A stretch of 64,000 nucleotides of DNA from a virus. Lineage: Duplodnaviria; Caudoviricetes. The stretch is taken from the IMG/VR virus record IMGVR_UViG_2931680285_000001, positions 31,011 to 95,010 of that record; one strand, given 5' to 3'. The position numbers and the translations under genes were made by a program. The notes under the pieces were generated by a model that worked only from the letters and a program-made list of their open reading frames with translations, was not told the DNA's origin and searched no databases. Below are positions 1-10,046 of this stretch, one piece after another (position 1 is the stretch's first letter; the number at the start of each line of letters is the position of its first letter).

Positions 1-525
1 GACTCGGTGCTTGCGCTCCATCCGCACTTCGAGCTTGTTCCTGACCGACTCGGCAGTCGTGTCCTCCACCGGGCGATGGGTCTCCAGGAGGGCCCGCGCG
101 TACTCCTCGGTCTGGAGCAGCACGTAGACGAGCATCGGGTGGTAGGCGATGATCCCTATGGCCTCAGCTTCGAGCCCCAAGTAGTGCGGCATGCCCGCGG
201 GCAAGAAGCGTGTGTGCGTCGTAAGCCACTCTTCCTTGGGTGACTCCCGGTTCAGCTCGACGAGGTAGTCCTCCAGCTCGGGGTCCGTGACCTCGTACCG
301 CCTCAGGAGAGCCTTCAGGTCGCCGACATTGCGTCGAAAGTTACTCTCCCCGCCTTCGATCCGAGCGAGCTTGGCCTCCGACATCTCCTTGAGGCCCCGG
401 ATGGCTTCCTTCCGGGTCATGCCCTTGACTCGCCCCGGTTCGACCGGCGGACAGTTCTCGCGAAGCGTCCTGAGCTGAATGCCGAGTTCCAGCCGCCGGC
501 CGCTGGGACCTACCTTCGCCGCCAC
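1..525 (-). CDS. XRE-family HTH + DUF5753 transcriptional regulator (WhiJ/Scr1-like), runs off the window edge
   Basis: Manual translation, not in the ORF track: GTG at 525 after GGGGAGG; MAAKVGPSGRRLELGIQLRTLREN...SEAKLARIEGG...YLGLEAEA...LLQTEEYARALL matches the Streptomyces XRE-DUF5753 pattern. Confidence 0.85.
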   Translation of the reverse strand, partial: MAAKVGPSGRRLELGIQLRTLRENCPPVEPGRVKGMTRKEAIRGLKEMSEAKLARIEGGESNFRRNVGDLKALLRRYEVTDPELEDYLVELNRESPKEEWLTTHTRFLPAGMPHYLGLEAEAIGIIAYHPMLVYVLLQTEEYARALLETHRPVEDTTAESVRNKLEVRMERKHRV

Positions 526-999
526 CTGCGCACCTCCCCATCCCTCTCGTGCATGCGCCATGCCAGGTTGAGCAGAGTCTGACACCTCGTGAGCATGTCG
601 CCCAACCCCCTGTGCATGCCACTGCATATTCCATTTCGGGCCTCTACTGAATTTTCAGCGGAGTCTCAGTTGCACACCAACCTGAGTGCCCGACAGGCTA
701 GTTCAGCAGGAAGTTGCACGGAACTCCGGCGAGCTTCACGAGGGTGGTTGCGCCCTCCTCAGGCGACGGGTTCCCTCCCCCCTCCCCCTGACGAAGCCGA
801 GGCCGAGATGAGCCAGAGCACCACCCGAGGTCGGCCGACCGCCGCACGGTGGATTCCGTCGGACTCGAACTTCGAGCGCGACACGAACGGCCCCTCCAAG
901 GCCAACCGCCCCGTCCACTCTCCCCCCGCCCAGGTCCTCAGCGCCTTCGTTGGATCCGCTGAACCGCGTCCCCTCAGCACGCGGCGAGGAGGGCCTGAA

Positions 1000-1578
1000 A
1001 TGCGGCTCGGCGTCGCCCTGACGGAGTACCTGGACCGGGCCGCGCACCTTTACGACGTGCCGCTGCACCCGCCCACCCCCGCATCACGCCAGGTCCACAG
1101 CACACCGTCGTGGATGGACGCGGAGCGGGAGTTCCACACGCGGTGGTGGCCGGAGCGGCTGGGCACCCTGCCAGATCCCTTCGTCCGGATCGCCGCCGCG
1201 CGTCGAGACGCCCTCACCCGGCGACTGGAGGAGATCGAAGCACGGCGCCGCGTCCCCCGCGTCTGCCTCTACGCCGCTGGTCCATCCAACCCTGGCCAGC
1301 GTGAAGCGCTGGACGGCGCCCGCGAGTTCGTCAACGCCAGGGGGTGGCGGATGAAGGGCGAGTGGAGCACCGACGTGTACGGCACCATCCCGGCTGACCG
1401 TGCGGGATGGAGCGAGATCGTACGCAAGATTCGAGGATGCTTCCTTGATGGCGTCGTGGTGCCGGCGTACGACGAGATCAGCCCCTACGCGGGCGAGTAT
1501 GAGGTCCAGCTCAGGCGGGTCGACAGCGTGGGCGGGTTCGTCGTCTTGGTGTCCCCGGAGACGGGAGGCACCCGATGA
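1000..1578 (+). CDS. Resolvase/serine-recombinase N-terminal-like domain protein, probably non-catalytic
   Basis: RVCLYA...Q...AREFVNARGW...D...DRAGWSEIVRKIRGCFLDGVVV resembles the resolvase fold, but YxRxS reads YAAGPS; GGAGG before ATG 1000. Confidence 0.5.
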   Translation: MRLGVALTEYLDRAAHLYDVPLHPPTPASRQVHSTPSWMDAEREFHTRWWPERLGTLPDPFVRIAAARRDALTRRLEEIEARRRVPRVCLYAAGPSNPGQREALDGAREFVNARGWRMKGEWSTDVYGTIPADRAGWSEIVRKIRGCFLDGVVVPAYDEISPYAGEYEVQLRRVDSVGGFVVLVSPETGGTR

Positions 1579-2000
1579 GCACCCTCACCCAGGTCAGCTT
1601 GACCAAGACGGCGGTGGCCGCCGGACGCTTCGAGGTCGCCATGACGCCCGGCCTGGGGCGACCGGCGCAGGCCCGGCGGATGATCGCCGCCCACGCCCGT
1701 CTCTGGCGGTTGCCCGACGTGGCCACGGACTCCGCGATGCTGATCGCCTCGGAACTCGTGACCAACGCCGTCGTCCACGGCAGGGGCAGCGTCGGCTTAC
1801 GCGTGGCCCTCGCAGACGGTGAGCTGCGCATCGAGGTCAGCGACGAAAGCTCCGTGGAGCCGCGGCTCAAGACCGCTGCCGACGACGACTTGAGCGGGCG
1901 CGGACTGTTCCTCGTGGCCGTGACCGCGCGAGACTGGGGCGTCATCAACAACGGTCGCACCGTCTGGGCTGTCCTGCCCGTGAAGGGCGGGGGTCGATGA
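1575..2000 (+). CDS. HATPase_c ATP-binding protein (anti-sigma-factor/RsbW-like)
   Basis: LIASELVTNAVVHG, IEVSD, SGRGLFLV, WG, GRTVWA motifs. Confidence 0.9.
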   Translation: MSTLTQVSLTKTAVAAGRFEVAMTPGLGRPAQARRMIAAHARLWRLPDVATDSAMLIASELVTNAVVHGRGSVGLRVALADGELRIEVSDESSVEPRLKTAADDDLSGRGLFLVAVTARDWGVINNGRTVWAVLPVKGGGR

Positions 2001-2434
2001 TGCTGCTCGCCAGTAGTGACGAGACCACCATGACGCGGCTCCTGGCCTGTCTCGCCCGTGACGTGGTCGCCGAGGGCGTCGGGGACGATCTCGTGGCGAC
2101 CCTCGACGAGATCTTGGTGACCGGTGGCGAACCGCCGGCCCCGTCCCGCGGTGGCCTGCTCTCCCGGCTCCCCTATCGTTGGCGGCGCGTGCACAAGAGC
2201 GGCGCCTCGTTCTCCGAGGGCGACGCAGCTCGACTGCTGTTCGAGCTCCAGCGGTCCACGAACTCCTTCATCGCCCTCGCGCGGCAGCGGATCCTGCCGG
2301 AGCCCACGGGCCTGTTTGACCAGTTGCGCGGGTTCCATGACGGCAAGGCGGAGCCGGGCGATCTGGCCGGCTACCTCCGCCGCTACGCCCTGGCCTTCGT
2401 CGAACTCCTTGACCTGCTGGGAGACGACGAATGA
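1997..2434 (+). CDS. hypothetical protein (DUF6415-like helical protein)
   Basis: ATGA overlap with upstream gene; C-terminal GYLRRYALAFVELLDLL. Confidence 0.55.
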   Translation: MMLLASSDETTMTRLLACLARDVVAEGVGDDLVATLDEILVTGGEPPAPSRGGLLSRLPYRWRRVHKSGASFSEGDAARLLFELQRSTNSFIALARQRILPEPTGLFDQLRGFHDGKAEPGDLAGYLRRYALAFVELLDLLGDDE

Positions 2435-2709
2435 CGCGTGCTCCCCTCCCGAACGTCGGACCGCGTCCCCCGACGGTCCGACCGCCCGTCCGGCGCCGAG
2501 AGAACACGCCCCTCCCCCTCCTCGCAGGGGCGAAGCGACTCGGTGCCGGACGCGGCACCCTCTTGATCCGCGCGATCGGCTCCCTGAGGGGAGCCCGGCG
2601 TCGCCCCAGCCCGTCCACTCTGCTCATGTACCGCATCGCACGAGCCGACGAAGCCGCGCTCGGCGCCTTATTCCAGAAGAAGCCCCGATCCGACCGAGGA
2701 GTCGCCCCC

Positions 2710-3567
2710 GTGACCGCGTTGTCCCTCCCCATCCGGCAGATCAGCCTTGCCGCTCGTGAACGCGAGGCGTTGATGGGCGTGGCGCAGGGCCTGGACGTCC
2801 CCGCTGTCGCCGCCTCGCTCGGGATCGCGGCGGGCACGGTCACCAGCTATTTGAAATCGGCGAAGGCCAAGCTCCACGGTGTCCGCGAGATCCCCTTCGC
2901 GCTTGCCGTCGCGTACGCCACCGACTCGATTCCCGCGCCCCGGCTCCGGGATGAGGTGCTCGACCTCCCGGTGGAGCAGAGCGAACTGATCCCGCTGCTC
3001 GCGCAGGGTATGAAGCCGGTGCAGATCGCGCGGAAGCTGAACCGCGTCAGCAAAGACGTCCGGCAATTCGCCGCAGAGCTGCTCGTTTCCCTGGGCGCCC
3101 GCAACTACGCCCACGTCGTCACCCTGGCCTGGGAGCACCGCCTCCTGACTGCCGCCGACGTGACCGCTTGGCTTGTTCCCTCCTCCCCGACGAGCCCGGC
3201 TGGCGAGCTGCGCGAGCGACTGGGCAAGATCATCGGCTGGGACATAACGGGGTCTGGACTGCCGGAGACCTTGACCATCGTCTCCATGGTCAAGGACCTG
3301 GTGCGCGAGGGCATCGGGCTCTACAACGAGGTGTCCCAGCTGACCTCGTCTATCCCCCGGGACTCCAAGGCGGCGCTCGAAGCAGCGGTGGTACTCGGCG
3401 ACATCCGCCGACTCAGGCACGTCCCGCGGCTCACCACGCAGGTCGACGCTGCCGAGTACGCGCAGAACGTCGCGCGCGAGGTGACCGCCCTCCTCCTCAT
3501 CCTGGGGATGGTGCAGCAGGAGCACGCGAGGCGGTCATCAGCAGACCGGGGCCTTCACCGCTCGTAA
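2710..3567 (+). CDS. Tandem LuxR-type HTH regulator with C-terminal helical domain
   Basis: LAAREREALMGVAQG...VAASLGIAAGTVTSYLKSAKAKL plus second HTH LLAQGMKPVQIARKL...LGARNYAHVV; GAGGA before GTG 2710 (ORF open from 2431). Confidence 0.75.
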   Translation: MTALSLPIRQISLAAREREALMGVAQGLDVPAVAASLGIAAGTVTSYLKSAKAKLHGVREIPFALAVAYATDSIPAPRLRDEVLDLPVEQSELIPLLAQGMKPVQIARKLNRVSKDVRQFAAELLVSLGARNYAHVVTLAWEHRLLTAADVTAWLVPSSPTSPAGELRERLGKIIGWDITGSGLPETLTIVSMVKDLVREGIGLYNEVSQLTSSIPRDSKAALEAAVVLGDIRRLRHVPRLTTQVDAAEYAQNVAREVTALLLILGMVQQEHARRSSADRGLHRS

Positions 3568-3718
3568 CGGCGTGAAGGCGGCGTCAGCGGGCGCCTCGGC
3601 CGCTCTCCGTGGGGGAAGGGCGGCCGACCCATTCCTTCCCCTGTCCCTGCGGGCTCGCCACCGGAGTCCAGGCAGGGCCCCCAACGTTCATCATCCAGTC
3701 CGACCACAAGGACCGCCC

Positions 3719-4162
3719 ATGCGAACGTCCACCGCCATCCTCATCTCTGCCGGCGTCAGCGCCATCGGCATCGCCTTCTCGCACGTCCAGCACAGGCAGC
3801 GCCTCGAACTGGGGACCGCCGAGCTCCACCAGAACATGCTGGCGGACACGCTGCGCGACCCCGACCTGCTGGAACTGTGGCGCACGAAGGACGAGACCCT
3901 GGAGAAGTTCAAGCGCTCCGTCGGCGCGAACCGGCAGCTCTCCTTCACCGCCCTGAAGTACCGCCTGGGCCTGCTCTCGCCCGAGACCCTGCGCGTCCAG
4001 ACCGACAGCCTGATGCACCGGCGCGGCGTCCGCGAGCACTGGGAGCAGCACCAGAGCTTCAGGATGGCCGAGGCAGGCAGCCGGCGGGATCGCGAATTCC
4101 TGACGGCCCTCGCCGCCTCGCACCAGGCGACCCAGGAGCTGGCGCCGCCGCCCGTCGGCTGA
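3719..4162 (+). CDS. DUF6082-like protein
   Basis: N-terminal hydrophobic segment, DPDLLELW, REHW motif; AAGGA RBS. Confidence 0.6.
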   Translation: MRTSTAILISAGVSAIGIAFSHVQHRQRLELGTAELHQNMLADTLRDPDLLELWRTKDETLEKFKRSVGANRQLSFTALKYRLGLLSPETLRVQTDSLMHRRGVREHWEQHQSFRMAEAGSRRDREFLTALAASHQATQELAPPPVG

Positions 4163-4275
4163 GCCTCCGTCTCCCCACAGTCAGCCCTCCGCGCGGCCTG
4201 CCCTCGACGGCGCCGTGCGGAGGGCCCCCAGCTCCGTTGCGGCCCGATGCAGGCCGTCTCGTCAGGGAGGTTGCA

Positions 4276-4437
4276 GTGACGCCTTGGGGTGCCGTCATCG
4301 CCTTGGGCCTGCTCGCCGCGTTCGCCTTTCTCGTCGAAGTCGGCCCTCGGCTACGTGGTCGGCCTCCCTCTGTCCCCCTTGAAGTGCCGCCCTCGACGGA
4401 CACCTGCGCGCGCAGCGAGCAACGAGAGGAGTCCTGA
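4276..4437 (+). CDS. small membrane protein (53 aa)
   Basis: GGGAGG RBS, GTG start, hydrophobic WGAVIALGLLAAFAFLV; stop 2 nt before next gene. Confidence 0.5.
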   Translation: MTPWGAVIALGLLAAFAFLVEVGPRLRGRPPSVPLEVPPSTDTCARSEQREES

Positions 4438-4439
4438 TC

Positions 4440-5090
4440 ATGTCCCCGTTCCCTTTGACGTACCAGGGCATGCCTGTGCCCCTGGTCGCCAGATGGACGA
4501 CAGAGCGAGACGTCACGCCTCTTGTCGTGGCCCGTGACTTCGGCATCGGCTTCCGCGATGACCACGACGATCACATCTCGCGCGACCGCTGGCACGTGCT
4601 GTGGAAGCGGTGGACGGTCAGCCGGGGGGTGGGCCAGCCGGTCCTCAGCGGAGGGCACCCCTCCCGGCAGCGGCGCGCGATGCTCGACATGCTCTGCCAG
4701 TTCTGCTTTCTGCCGGCAGAGGACACCATCCTCGGCACCCTGTTCCTCTTGGGCGATACCACCCGCTCGGGCCTCCGAGGCCCGGTAAGGGACGGCGAGA
4801 TCACTTCGACCCCTCCCGTGCACCTGGCATGTGCACTCTCGGCGGTCGAGCTTTCTCCCGACCGGCTCAAGGGTCTTACCGCCGCGCGAGTGAAGGCAGC
4901 GTTGCCATGGGGGGTGATCGGCACCCGATACAAGATCGCCAGGCCCTTTCCGGTCGCGGAGCCGGACCTGACGTCGATGAGCTACGACAACGACAACATC
5001 AGGTTCATGCTCGCCCAACAGGCGCTCGTGGAGCTCCATGGGTGCGAGCCGGTTGACCTCGTCGAGGAAGCCCGGAATGCCTGCCCCTGA
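4440..5090 (+). CDS. conserved actinobacterial mobile-element hypothetical protein (Cys/His motifs)
   Basis: VPLVARW, HPSRQRRAM, LCQFC, PPVHLACA; GAGGAG RBS. Confidence 0.6.
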   Translation: MSPFPLTYQGMPVPLVARWTTERDVTPLVVARDFGIGFRDDHDDHISRDRWHVLWKRWTVSRGVGQPVLSGGHPSRQRRAMLDMLCQFCFLPAEDTILGTLFLLGDTTRSGLRGPVRDGEITSTPPVHLACALSAVELSPDRLKGLTAARVKAALPWGVIGTRYKIARPFPVAEPDLTSMSYDNDNIRFMLAQQALVELHGCEPVDLVEEARNACP

Positions 5091-5733
5091 TTTCGCACCG
5101 CCCAGTGAGCGAGATGATCGCTCCCAGCTCCGACCTGTGACCGGTCCAGATGAGCCGCTGCTCGTCGTCCTCCGCCAGGAACTGCGCGACGGTACCTGGC
5201 GGGCGGGCACCGTCCGGACCCTTGCCGGGCTGCGAGACCGGTTCGGCACCGCGCAGCTCACTGTCCAGGCAGCGATCCGCGTGCTCCGCGGTGAGGGGCT
5301 GGTGGTGTTCGAGGGCTACAAGGCCGTACGAGCTGCCCGTCCTGGTACACGGCCCCCGATGGGCGCCCGCACCGTTTCCGACCTCATCGCCATGACGATC
5401 CGCAAGCGCATCGACGACCGCACGTATCCCCCGGACTCCCCCCTGCCCAGGCAGATGATCTTGGCCGACGAGTTCGACACTTCGCCGGCCACCGTCCGCC
5501 TGCCGATCACCCAGCTTCTCCTGGAGGGCCGACTTCGTCGGCACCTGCCGTACGAGACGCCGGGAACGTACGTCGTCAACCACGAACGGAAGCAACGCGA
5601 GGACCGTCTCTTCGCCACGCTGCTCCAGACCCTTCAGACCGACGGCTGGAGCCGCAGCGAGTTCCCCGACGCCGTCGCCCACGCGATGCACAACCTCCTG
5701 GGCGCTCCGCCCACGCCTGCGAGACCACGGTAG
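5077..5733 (+). CDS. Tandem GntR-type winged-helix protein
   Basis: LRDRFGTAQLTVQAAIRVLRGEGLV and IRKRIDDRTYPPDSPLP...LADEFDTSPATVR. Confidence 0.75.
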   Translation: MPAPDFAPPSERDDRSQLRPVTGPDEPLLVVLRQELRDGTWRAGTVRTLAGLRDRFGTAQLTVQAAIRVLRGEGLVVFEGYKAVRAARPGTRPPMGARTVSDLIAMTIRKRIDDRTYPPDSPLPRQMILADEFDTSPATVRLPITQLLLEGRLRRHLPYETPGTYVVNHERKQREDRLFATLLQTLQTDGWSRSEFPDAVAHAMHNLLGAPPTPARPR

Positions 5734-5757
5734 AACCCCCGTCCCGGAGAGAGCACA

Positions 5758-6648
5758 GTGAACGAACTGCGAGTCCTGACCTGGAACATCATGCGGGGGG
5801 AGAACCTGCGCCGCGTGATCAAGCACGTCAAGGACGTCCACCCGGACGTCTGGCTTGCCCAGGAGATTCAACCCAAGCACCACCGGCTTCTCGAACAGAA
5901 GACCGGTATGCGCTGCTACCCGGCGCCGCGCACCGCGAACAGCATCAACGACAACGCCATCTTCGTACGAGAGCGGGACGACAGCCCTCTCGTCGTGGAG
6001 GACGTCTTCGAGCACCCTCTCAACGGTTGGCACCCGCCCGCCAACGTGACCCTTGTTGACGAGCGCTTCCGCACGGAGCACGGCGCCCGCCCCCTCAGCC
6101 TGGTCAGTCACCACCTCTGCTATTTCTCCCCGGATCGACGGCTCGCCGAGGCTGAGTGGCTGACCACCCTGGCCAAGCCCGGCTGGCTGGCCTTCATCGG
6201 CGGGGACTTCAACAGCTACCCCGCCCGCGAGGCCCCGACCGACGAAACGTGGGCGGAAGTCCTGGCCGGGGACCACGCCGACCGCGCGTTCTACACCAAC
6301 CGGACCCTCCTCTTCGGCGAACGCCGGATCAGCGACGTACGCCCCCACAGCACGCTCACCTCGGCCGGATTCGTCGACCTGGCTCTGTGGGCACGCGACC
6401 GCATGGGGCAGCCCTTCGCCGCCGAGCCGACGGCTGGCCACATGAATTCCGCGAGGCAGGGCGGCCAGTGGCGGATCGACTGGAACATCGCCAGTCGCGA
6501 GCTCGCGCCGGCCGTGCTCGATGTCGCCGTCGGGGAAGAGATGAAGCACGTTTCGGACCATCTGCCGATCGTGACCCGCCTCGACCTGGACGCGGTCTTG
6601 GAGAGCATGCGCCCCGCTCTAACGGACTCCCTCGACGCCCAGGCGTAA
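5758..6648 (+). CDS. Endonuclease/exonuclease/phosphatase (EEP) family protein
   Basis: LRVLTWNI, PDVWLAQE, GGDFNS, RIDW, SDHLPI motifs. Confidence 0.9.
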   Translation: MNELRVLTWNIMRGENLRRVIKHVKDVHPDVWLAQEIQPKHHRLLEQKTGMRCYPAPRTANSINDNAIFVRERDDSPLVVEDVFEHPLNGWHPPANVTLVDERFRTEHGARPLSLVSHHLCYFSPDRRLAEAEWLTTLAKPGWLAFIGGDFNSYPAREAPTDETWAEVLAGDHADRAFYTNRTLLFGERRISDVRPHSTLTSAGFVDLALWARDRMGQPFAAEPTAGHMNSARQGGQWRIDWNIASRELAPAVLDVAVGEEMKHVSDHLPIVTRLDLDAVLESMRPALTDSLDAQA

Positions 6649-6730
6649 CAGATCCCAGCTCTCCGACGTACGGCGAGGGGAGAGGTTACGGATTGCGTCA
6701 ACCTCCCAGCGAATCGGCTTGGAGGAATGA

Positions 6731-7207
6731 GTGACGACCGCCACTGCTCCCCTCTTGCCGGCCACGGGCCGGGCCTTCTGGCAGGAATCCCTCTTCTCGA
6801 CCAACCCCGTCTCCCCGCCTGTCGGACAGAGGGACCAGCCGGACCATTCCCCATCGTCCTCTGAGCCTCAGGACCTCACGCACACGTGGTTGGTCGCGGC
6901 CGAGATCCAGGTCGAACCGCGAGTCGCGAGCATCGCCGACTTCAGGGGCTCGTTCAAGGCCACCGCCGGGCAGCGAGTGGAAGCGCTGGAGGTCTACTGC
7001 AAGGGCTGCCGCCGCCCGTACGACGACGTGAAGGGCCGGCCCTGCGAGGAGAAGGTGGATAACCGCCACTTGATCGGCGGGGACCAGTCCATCCGGAAGA
7101 AGCGGAAGCTGCCCCCGCCGCCGAAGGGCGTGCGGATCATCCCCGGTGAACGAATCCAGCGCCGGGGCATCGGCGCGTACATGGCTGGCGTCACCCGCCC
7201 GAGGTGA
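6731..7207 (+). CDS. hypothetical protein (CxxC)
   Basis: GGAGG RBS; YCKGCRRPY..C. Confidence 0.6.
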   Translation: MTTATAPLLPATGRAFWQESLFSTNPVSPPVGQRDQPDHSPSSSEPQDLTHTWLVAAEIQVEPRVASIADFRGSFKATAGQRVEALEVYCKGCRRPYDDVKGRPCEEKVDNRHLIGGDQSIRKKRKLPPPPKGVRIIPGERIQRRGIGAYMAGVTRPR

Positions 7208-7221
7208 CCCGCTCGTCGAGC

Positions 7222-7253
7222 ACGCGACAGTAGCCCCACCCCCCGCTCAGGGT
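7222..7253 (+). promoter_or_regulatory. bipartite promoter-like motif copy
   Basis: ACGCGACAGTAG-N14-CAGGGT, GTG 7 nt later. Confidence 0.7.
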
Positions 7254-7260
7254 GCGCGCC

Positions 7261-7599
7261 GTGAGCACACCACCTGAGTCCCCCTCGACAGATCGCCTCG
7301 TACGAGAAGCCGCCGGCCTGCTCCTCGCCGCGATCGGCACGCTGCTCGTCCTCTTCTCGCTCGGGCTCATTCACCCGGTCCTGGGCAGCACCGCCGCGAC
7401 GGCAGCCGCTCTCGGCCTCAGCTACTTCGTCCTGCACCCCCGTGGTCGAGGCGGGCGGATCGCGGCACGGGTGCTCACCGGGACCACATCTCTGGCCAGC
7501 GGCGTGACGGCCTTCCTGTATGTGCCGCCGCTCGCGTGGGTGGAGATCGGCGCGGCGGCTGTGGCCGTAGGAGCGTGGCTCGCCAGCGAGGGGGCCTGA
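7261..7599 (+). CDS. small multi-TM membrane protein upstream of portal
   Basis: several hydrophobic helices; TGATG coupling to portal. Confidence 0.65.
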   Translation: MSTPPESPSTDRLVREAAGLLLAAIGTLLVLFSLGLIHPVLGSTAATAAALGLSYFVLHPRGRGGRIAARVLTGTTSLASGVTAFLYVPPLAWVEIGAAAVAVGAWLASEGA

Positions 7600-10046
7600 T
7601 GCCGCGCGAGTTCCTGCCTGGGCTTCGTCGCCTCCTCACCTCCCGCCCGGCGCAGGTGGAGGTGGAGGAGAAGTCCGCGGCGATCGGATCGTCGTACGTG
7701 TCGATGACGTACGCCGGTACGACGACGGTGTGGGGCACGGAGAACCGCGGGGCCGGATGGGACCTGGACCGGGTCATCCAAGAGGGCTACGAACGGAGCG
7801 TCTGGACCTTCAAGGCCGTCGAGGCGATCTCCAAGCACCCCGGCGCCCTCAGCATCGAGATCGGACGCGGCGGCGATGACCGGCAGTTCGCCGAAACCCT
7901 CACGGACCATCCCCTGCTGCGCGTGCTGAACGTCCGGGCGAACCCTCTAGAGACGGCAGCCGTCTTCAAGAAGCGGCTCTCAGCGCAGTTCCTGCTCTCG
8001 AAGAAGGGCGCGTTCGTCGAGATCACCCGCTCGCGCGCGGGCATGATCACCCGGCTCGATCTGCTGCCGCCCAACCGGGTCGAGCCGATCCCTGACCCGC
8101 GCGGTGACTACCTCAGCCACTACCAGTTCACGACGTACGACGGCAGAATCCGCGAGCTCGATCCCAGCCGCGTCGTCTGGCTGCGCGACCCCCACCCGAC
8201 CGACCCCTACTGCGGCGTCACCCCGCTCGAAGCCGCCGGTCTGTCCGTCGACCTCGACATCAAGGCCCGGCTCTACAACATCGCCTTCATCGACAACGAC
8301 GCGAGGCCGAGCGGGATCGTGGCCATCGATGTCGACGGGCTGGACCAGCGGGAGATCGACCGCATCCAACAGCGTCTCGCACCCGGTGCGCAGCAGGCGG
8401 GCGAGACCGTGGTCGTCGGCAGCGGGCCGGGCGGCCTCAACTACGTGGACACCAGCACCCGGCCCCGGGACATGAACTACGAGTCCCTGGCCAAGGCGGC
8501 AAAGGACGAGATCTTGAGCGCCTTCGGGGTGCCGGAGAGCATCGTCGGAAACGCGTCCGAGAGGACTTACGCGAACGCGGACCGCGAGGAGTGGAACTAC
8601 TGGCAGCACACCGAGCTGCCGCACCTGGGCCTGATCGCGTCCGCCTTCGACTTCGATCTCGACGACGGCTGGTCGATCCGCTTCGACACTAGCGGGGTCG
8701 AGGCGTTGGAGTTCCCCAGGCGGCAGCGTCGGGCGGAGGCCCGGGAAGAGTGGAACGCCGGTTTGATCACGGCCGACGAGTACCGGGAGATCGCCGGTCG
8801 CCGGCCGTTCAATGTGCCTCACACCCGCGCCCTGTGGATCAGCCCCCAGAAGGCGCCCGTGCCTGCGAGCGAGGCTGACGCTGCCGCGCTCGGCGTTGCG
8901 CAGGACCCCGCAGCCGGTGGTACGCCGGGCCTGCCTGGGGCTGGAGGTCCGCCTGCACGGCCGTCGTCTGCCGGTGCCGGGTCGGCGGCTGCCGCTGTCG
9001 CCGAGCCCACTGGCGCCTCCGGGTCGTCAGCTGCCGAGGACGTGGCGGCGGCAAGGAGCATGCTGGATGCGCCCGCCCTCGGCTCGGCCGCCGAAGACGT
9101 AGTCGCAGCGCGCGAGAAGCACCCGCTTCGGATCGACGGCGAGGCGTCAGCCGACGTGGCGGCGGCCCGCTCCACCGCCACCGCAACGAGCTCGGGGGAC
9201 GCGGCGACGGATGTCGAGGCCGCGCGTACTCCGCTGGAGGGCAAGTCCGCCTCCGGCGGCGGCTACGAGGTCACGGACTCCGATTTCGACACGGCGGTCT
9301 CAGCGGTCACGGCCGTGCTCGCCGCGCTCCTGGCTCGCCAGGAAGGCGTGATCCGGGCCCGGCTGCGCTCTCCGAAGCTGCGCAAGCACACAAGGTACTG
9401 GTCCCCGGACGGAGACACCGATCTGCGCGGAGGGACGGCGGCGATCGACGGTCAGCGCGTCGTCGGTGCTGCCCGCTGGGAGGAGGAGGTGGCCTCCACC
9501 CTTGCTCCGGTCCTTCAGCAGACCGCGTCGTCCACCGCCCAGAAGGTGACCAAGCACCTGACGGGCGCTGGCAGCGTGCCGGCCGGTGCCGCCGCCGCTG
9601 CTCTCACCGCGGCTGCTGTGTCCGGGCGCGCCGTCCTCGCCCTGCTCGCGGATCTGGCTGACGCCCTGGACGCCGCCCAGAACGAGACGACGACCCTCGC
9701 CGATCTCGACGAGGTGATCACCAGCTTCTTCGCGGACCGCGCCGCGCCGTTCATCAGCCACATCGCCGAGTCCTCTGCGGTGACCACCGTGAACGGAGCT
9801 GCCGACGCTGCCGCCGAGAGCATCGGGCCATCAGTCCTGCGTACCTGGGTGACGAGGCGCGACGGCCGCGTACGGCCGCAGCACCAGCAGCTCGACGGAA
9901 TCACCCTGCCCACCGGCACCGCGTTCGAGGTGGACCGTGTCCGCCTGCGCTACCCCGGCGACCCATTCGCCCCAGCTGACCTCACCGCCAACTGCCGCTG
10001 CCGGCTGCGGTACCGCACCGGCCCTGCTCCGAGGGAGACCCCGTGA
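7599..10046 (+). CDS. Phage portal protein fused to C-terminal MuF (minor head) domain
   Basis: HPLLRVLNVRANP, GVTPLEAA, NDARPSGIV, ILSAFGVP, TYAN; C-terminal RTWVTRRDGRVRPQH...YPGDP...NCRC. Confidence 0.9.
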   Translation: MPREFLPGLRRLLTSRPAQVEVEEKSAAIGSSYVSMTYAGTTTVWGTENRGAGWDLDRVIQEGYERSVWTFKAVEAISKHPGALSIEIGRGGDDRQFAETLTDHPLLRVLNVRANPLETAAVFKKRLSAQFLLSKKGAFVEITRSRAGMITRLDLLPPNRVEPIPDPRGDYLSHYQFTTYDGRIRELDPSRVVWLRDPHPTDPYCGVTPLEAAGLSVDLDIKARLYNIAFIDNDARPSGIVAIDVDGLDQREIDRIQQRLAPGAQQAGETVVVGSGPGGLNYVDTSTRPRDMNYESLAKAAKDEILSAFGVPESIVGNASERTYANADREEWNYWQHTELPHLGLIASAFDFDLDDGWSIRFDTSGVEALEFPRRQRRAEAREEWNAGLITADEYREIAGRRPFNVPHTRALWISPQKAPVPASEADAAALGVAQDPAAGGTPGLPGAGGPPARPSSAGAGSAAAAVAEPTGASGSSAAEDVAAARSMLDAPALGSAAEDVVAAREKHPLRIDGEASADVAAARSTATATSSGDAATDVEAARTPLEGKSASGGGYEVTDSDFDTAVSAVTAVLAALLARQEGVIRARLRSPKLRKHTRYWSPDGDTDLRGGTAAIDGQRVVGAARWEEEVASTLAPVLQQTASSTAQKVTKHLTGAGSVPAGAAAAALTAAAVSGRAVLALLADLADALDAAQNETTTLADLDEVITSFFADRAAPFISHIAESSAVTTVNGAADAAAESIGPSVLRTWVTRRDGRVRPQHQQLDGITLPTGTAFEVDRVRLRYPGDPFAPADLTANCRCRLRYRTGPAPRETP

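Noticed and set aside
1000-1578. Functional integrase/resolvase marking a prophage end
   Set aside because: No catalytic YxRxS motif, no recombinase or DNA-binding domain, no att repeats seen
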